From positions 1,824,001 to 1,888,000 of the forward strand of contig OZ240241.1 in NCBI GenBank assembly GCA_965198115.1: DNA of 64,000 nt, written 5' to 3'. Shown piece by piece: positions 61,027 through 64,000 of the stretch. This DNA is from Candidatus Latescibacterota bacterium. Its GTDB lineage: Bacteria; Latescibacterota; UBA2968. Positions within the stretch are counted from its first letter, which is position 1. Every line of letters starts with the position of its first letter. The notes beneath the pieces were generated by a model that saw nothing but the letters and a program-made list of their open reading frames with translations, was not told the origin of the DNA and ran no database searches. The position numbers and the translations under genes are program-made.

Positions 61027-62220
61027 CTACTGAACGACCGCGAAGAAGCATTTCAAATACCGCCCTTCCGGAAAGTTCACGGGAGACGGATGATCAATGG
61101 CCTGCGTGTGCGATCTCAGGACCTGAACGGTCCTGTTCGCCGCCGTCGCTGCGTGCTTGACGATCGTGAAGAAGGCCTCGTAGTCGATCTGTGTCGAACA
61201 AGAGGCCGTGACGAGAATTCCCCCGGGCCTAAGAATCTGGATCGCCCGCCGATTCAGACTGATGTAAGCGCGTGTCGCCTGCGTCAATGCTGCTTGCGTT
61301 TTGACGAACGCCGGCGGATCAACGATCACCAGATCGTACGTCACGCCATCGGAGCGACACGCCTTCAGATAATCGAACACGTTGTCCGCCACACACGGAT
61401 GATCGTCTTGTGAGAGTCGATTCAACTCCAGATTTTGACGAGCAAGATCGATCGCTGTTTCCGAAATGTCGACGCTCGTCACGCGCAATGCCTTTCCGCG
61501 TCCGGCGTAGACACTGAATCCCCCACTGTAGCTGAAACAGTTCAACACTTCCCGATCGCGCGCGAACGACTGCGCGCCCAGACGGTTCTCTCTCTGATCC
61601 AGAAAAAATCCGGTTTTCTGTCCCCGCCGAACATCGACCAGGAATCGGCACCGGTTTTCGGAGATCTCGATCAGCTCCGGCGGATCCTCACCGGCGACAA
61701 GACCTGTCGGAAAAGTCTCCAGACCATCGGCCCGTCGGGTTCCGACATCGCTGCGTTCGAAGACCCCCGTTGGCGAAAGGGTTTCCTCCAGCGCCTCGAT
61801 GATCTCGCGCCTGACTCGCTCAATGCCCAGCGTATGGAACTGAACGACCAGGAAGTCGGCATACCGATCGACGATCAGCCCCGGAAGACCATCGCTCTCC
61901 CCGTGGACGAGACGATAGGCGTTCGTCGTCTTCCCATCGATCCATGTCTTCCGTAGCGTCGTCGCTGTCTCGATCCGGTTTCGAATGAACCGCTCATCGA
62001 TCGCCGTGTCTTCATCGCGCGTCAGGACCCGTACCGGGATCGATGACGCGGCATTGTAGTAACCCCTTCCGACGAACACGCCCTCAGAATCGCACACGTC
62101 GACGATCGACCCGGGCTTGACTTCAGCGTGATGCGCGACCGCCCCGCTGAACACCCACGGATGTCCTTCCGAGACCTTCCGTTCACGCCCCTTTCGAAGA
62201 TGTATTCGCGGATACGTCAT
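61027..62220 (-). CDS. rlmI: RlmI-like rRNA m5C methyltransferase
   Basis: GHPWVFS (PUA), HGESDGLPGLIVD, GQKTGFFLDQRENR, DPPAF, PEGRYLK. Confidence 0.88.
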   Translation of the reverse strand: MTYPRIHLRKGRERKVSEGHPWVFSGAVAHHAEVKPGSIVDVCDSEGVFVGRGYYNAASSIPVRVLTRDEDTAIDERFIRNRIETATTLRKTWIDGKTTNAYRLVHGESDGLPGLIVDRYADFLVVQFHTLGIERVRREIIEALEETLSPTGVFERSDVGTRRADGLETFPTGLVAGEDPPELIEISENRCRFLVDVRRGQKTGFFLDQRENRLGAQSFARDREVLNCFSYSGGFSVYAGRGKALRVTSVDISETAIDLARQNLELNRLSQDDHPCVADNVFDYLKACRSDGVTYDLVIVDPPAFVKTQAALTQATRAYISLNRRAIQILRPGGILVTASCSTQIDYEAFFTIVKHAATAANRTVQVLRSHTQAIDHPSPVNFPEGRYLKCFFAVVQ

Positions 62221-62230
62221 CGCCCACTTT

Positions 62231-62258
62231 GGTCAATAGTCACCTGTCACTGGTCAAT
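62231..62258. repeat. Heptamer tandem repeat
   Basis: ggtcaat agtcacc tgtcact ggtcaat. Confidence 0.5.
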
Positions 62259-62266
62259 GAACGCAT

Positions 62267-63871
62267 TCACAACCGGGAAAGGCGTTCGCCAACAGGTTCC
62301 GGAATCCAATCCGCGTCGATACCCAAATCCGCAAGGATCACCTGCGCGCTGTTGTAGCCCGGAAGACCCGTAATGTTTCCACCTGGATGGCAACAGGAAC
62401 CGCACAGGTAAAGGCCGTCCACGTGTCCCCTGTAGTGTCCCGCGCCTGGAAAAGGCCGATCGTAGCCGATCTGCCCGTTCGTGAAGGCTCCGATCAAAAG
62501 ATCACCACGCCGCATGTTGGGAAAGGTGCGTTCGACATCCAGTGGGCTTCGAACGAACCAGTCGAGTGTGGCCTCCCTGACATTGGGCGCATACTGACAC
62601 AGCTGCTCGAACATTTGCTCACCCACTCGATCCTGTTCAGCATCCCAATTAGCCCCATTCCCTTTGATGGCATAGGGCGTCTTCTGCCACACGAAGATCG
62701 TATGACCTCCATCCGGAGCCTGACTCGGATCGAACACCGTCGGACAGCTGCCCCACATAATGGTCGGGGGATGGCTGCCCGCCACGTGCGCATCGACCAT
62801 CTCCAGATATCGATCGACGTGATTCAGACCCAAGATGGCCATGAATGTCCGGCCCAGATGGGGATGTTTCTCAGCGGCCACGAGCGACCACGGTTCGGAC
62901 AGGTTAACGTTGAGCGCGAACAGGGGCGAGATCAGGTTGTACTCGAACGCGTCGGCTCTGTCGCGCCAGTCCGCTGGTACATCGTCGCGGTCCATCAGAT
63001 CGAGAAACGTCTGGTGCGGGTTCAGCCCCGACACGACGAGTCGTGTTCCGACACGCTCGCCCTCGGTCGTCTCTACGCCCACGACCTTTTTACTTTCCGT
63101 CAGGATGCGGGCCGGTTCCGTACAAAGCCGGATCTCGCCCTCCGCCTCCTCAACGGCGCAGACCAACGCTCTCGCGAGAGCAGAAGCGCCCCCCAGGCAC
63201 ATCTGCGCTTTCCCCGTGCTCGCCAGCAGTGCGGCGATGTGATGGCCAAAGCCTGGGCACCGCAGGTCTACCTCTCGCAATCCGTTGAAGAACAGAAGAC
63301 CAGCCTGAATCACCGGGTGTTCGAACTCACGCTGCACGAATCCAAGCGGCGACAGTTCACTCACCTGCAGCAGGAGTCGCCCATTGTCCGTCCCCGACAG
63401 GATGCGGTTCCGCTCCTCGCTCGGGATCGGAGGCGCCTGCGCCTCAGGAATCAGAATCTCCTCGACGATCGGCAAAAACTGGTCGCGCCACCGCCTGAGG
63501 GTCGCCGCATCCTTCACGCTGAACTGCTCGAACGAAGAGGCCGTCTTTTCGAAATCCGTCCACCACTCGAGGGCGTCATTCGACTCCAACAAGAGGGCGA
63601 CGTTCAGCTCGGGCTCGATATACCGCGCGCCGTAGCGCTCGAGGTCGAGTTCCCGATACCACGGCATGTATGTAATGGCACGATGGTAAAAGGAGTGCGT
63701 GTTGTGGAGGTAACCGGGATGTCGTGGATCTTCGACGGTGGCGAGGCCACCACCCGCGACATCACGCCGCTCGAGACATAGGACGTCGAGGCCGGCTCGG
63801 CACAGATAAGCCTGGAGGATCAGACTGTTGTGCCCCGCACCAAGAATCACCGCATCGTATTCACAATCCAT
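62267..63871 (-). CDS. Phytoene-desaturase-family FAD-dependent oxidoreductase
   Basis: GAGHNSL..ERR..GG, DPSQAPDG, SPLD, LYLCGSCCHPGG.ITGLPGYNSA. Confidence 0.88.
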   Translation of the reverse strand: MDCEYDAVILGAGHNSLILQAYLCRAGLDVLCLERRDVAGGGLATVEDPRHPGYLHNTHSFYHRAITYMPWYRELDLERYGARYIEPELNVALLLESNDALEWWTDFEKTASSFEQFSVKDAATLRRWRDQFLPIVEEILIPEAQAPPIPSEERNRILSGTDNGRLLLQVSELSPLGFVQREFEHPVIQAGLLFFNGLREVDLRCPGFGHHIAALLASTGKAQMCLGGASALARALVCAVEEAEGEIRLCTEPARILTESKKVVGVETTEGERVGTRLVVSGLNPHQTFLDLMDRDDVPADWRDRADAFEYNLISPLFALNVNLSEPWSLVAAEKHPHLGRTFMAILGLNHVDRYLEMVDAHVAGSHPPTIMWGSCPTVFDPSQAPDGGHTIFVWQKTPYAIKGNGANWDAEQDRVGEQMFEQLCQYAPNVREATLDWFVRSPLDVERTFPNMRRGDLLIGAFTNGQIGYDRPFPGAGHYRGHVDGLYLCGSCCHPGGNITGLPGYNSAQVILADLGIDADWIPEPVGERLSRL

Positions 63872-63922
63872 CAGAGCCGGGACAGACGGTTCGCCTACAC
63901 ATTGGGAGCCAGCGAGGGCCGA

Positions 63923-64000
63923 TCAACTTGATATTTCGTAAGTGCTCGTCGTGTAGGTCACCGACTGGCCCGGGTCGAGGGCAGCAACCGCCGTGTTGGG
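63923..64000 (-). CDS. Possible 3' end of an upstream gene (partial)
   Basis: Open frame PNTAVAALDPGQSVTYTTSTYEISS* entering from the window edge. Confidence 0.35.
   Translation of the reverse strand, partial: PNTAVAALDPGQSVTYTTSTYEISS

Overview
GC-rich bacterial chromosome. Bases 1-54790 are one long minus-strand surface-glycan (O-antigen/capsule/EPS-type) biosynthesis and tailoring locus. It contains GDP-fucose synthase, epimerases, a non-canonical nonulosonic-acid module (DegT, WbqC, NeuB, PseG-like, radical SAM, NeuA, PIG-L), a Wzx-like flippase, a Wzy-like membrane protein and GT2/GT4 enzymes. Tailoring genes include sulfotransferases, many methyltransferases, a fatty-acid desaturase, a DprE1/DprE2-like pair, two asparagine-synthetase amidotransferases and a carbamoyltransferase. 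The middle of the locus is a decaying mosaic. A three-gene cassette occurs in two diverged copies with complementary loss, a second multi-gene block has collapsed into a three-part chimeric scar, four IS elements (IS256, IS3-like, IS200, IS630) sit in dead gene copies, and several genes are frameshifted. A second IS256 truncates the locus and abuts a GGDEF remnant. After it come tRNA-Gly(GCC) and mostly ordinary genes: class V aminotransferase, rhomboid, BNR sialidase-like protein, a Zn-dehydrogenase with an internal TAG, RlmI-like methyltransferase and a phytoene-desaturase-family oxidoreductase. All family calls are from motif recognition by eye; no database search was run.
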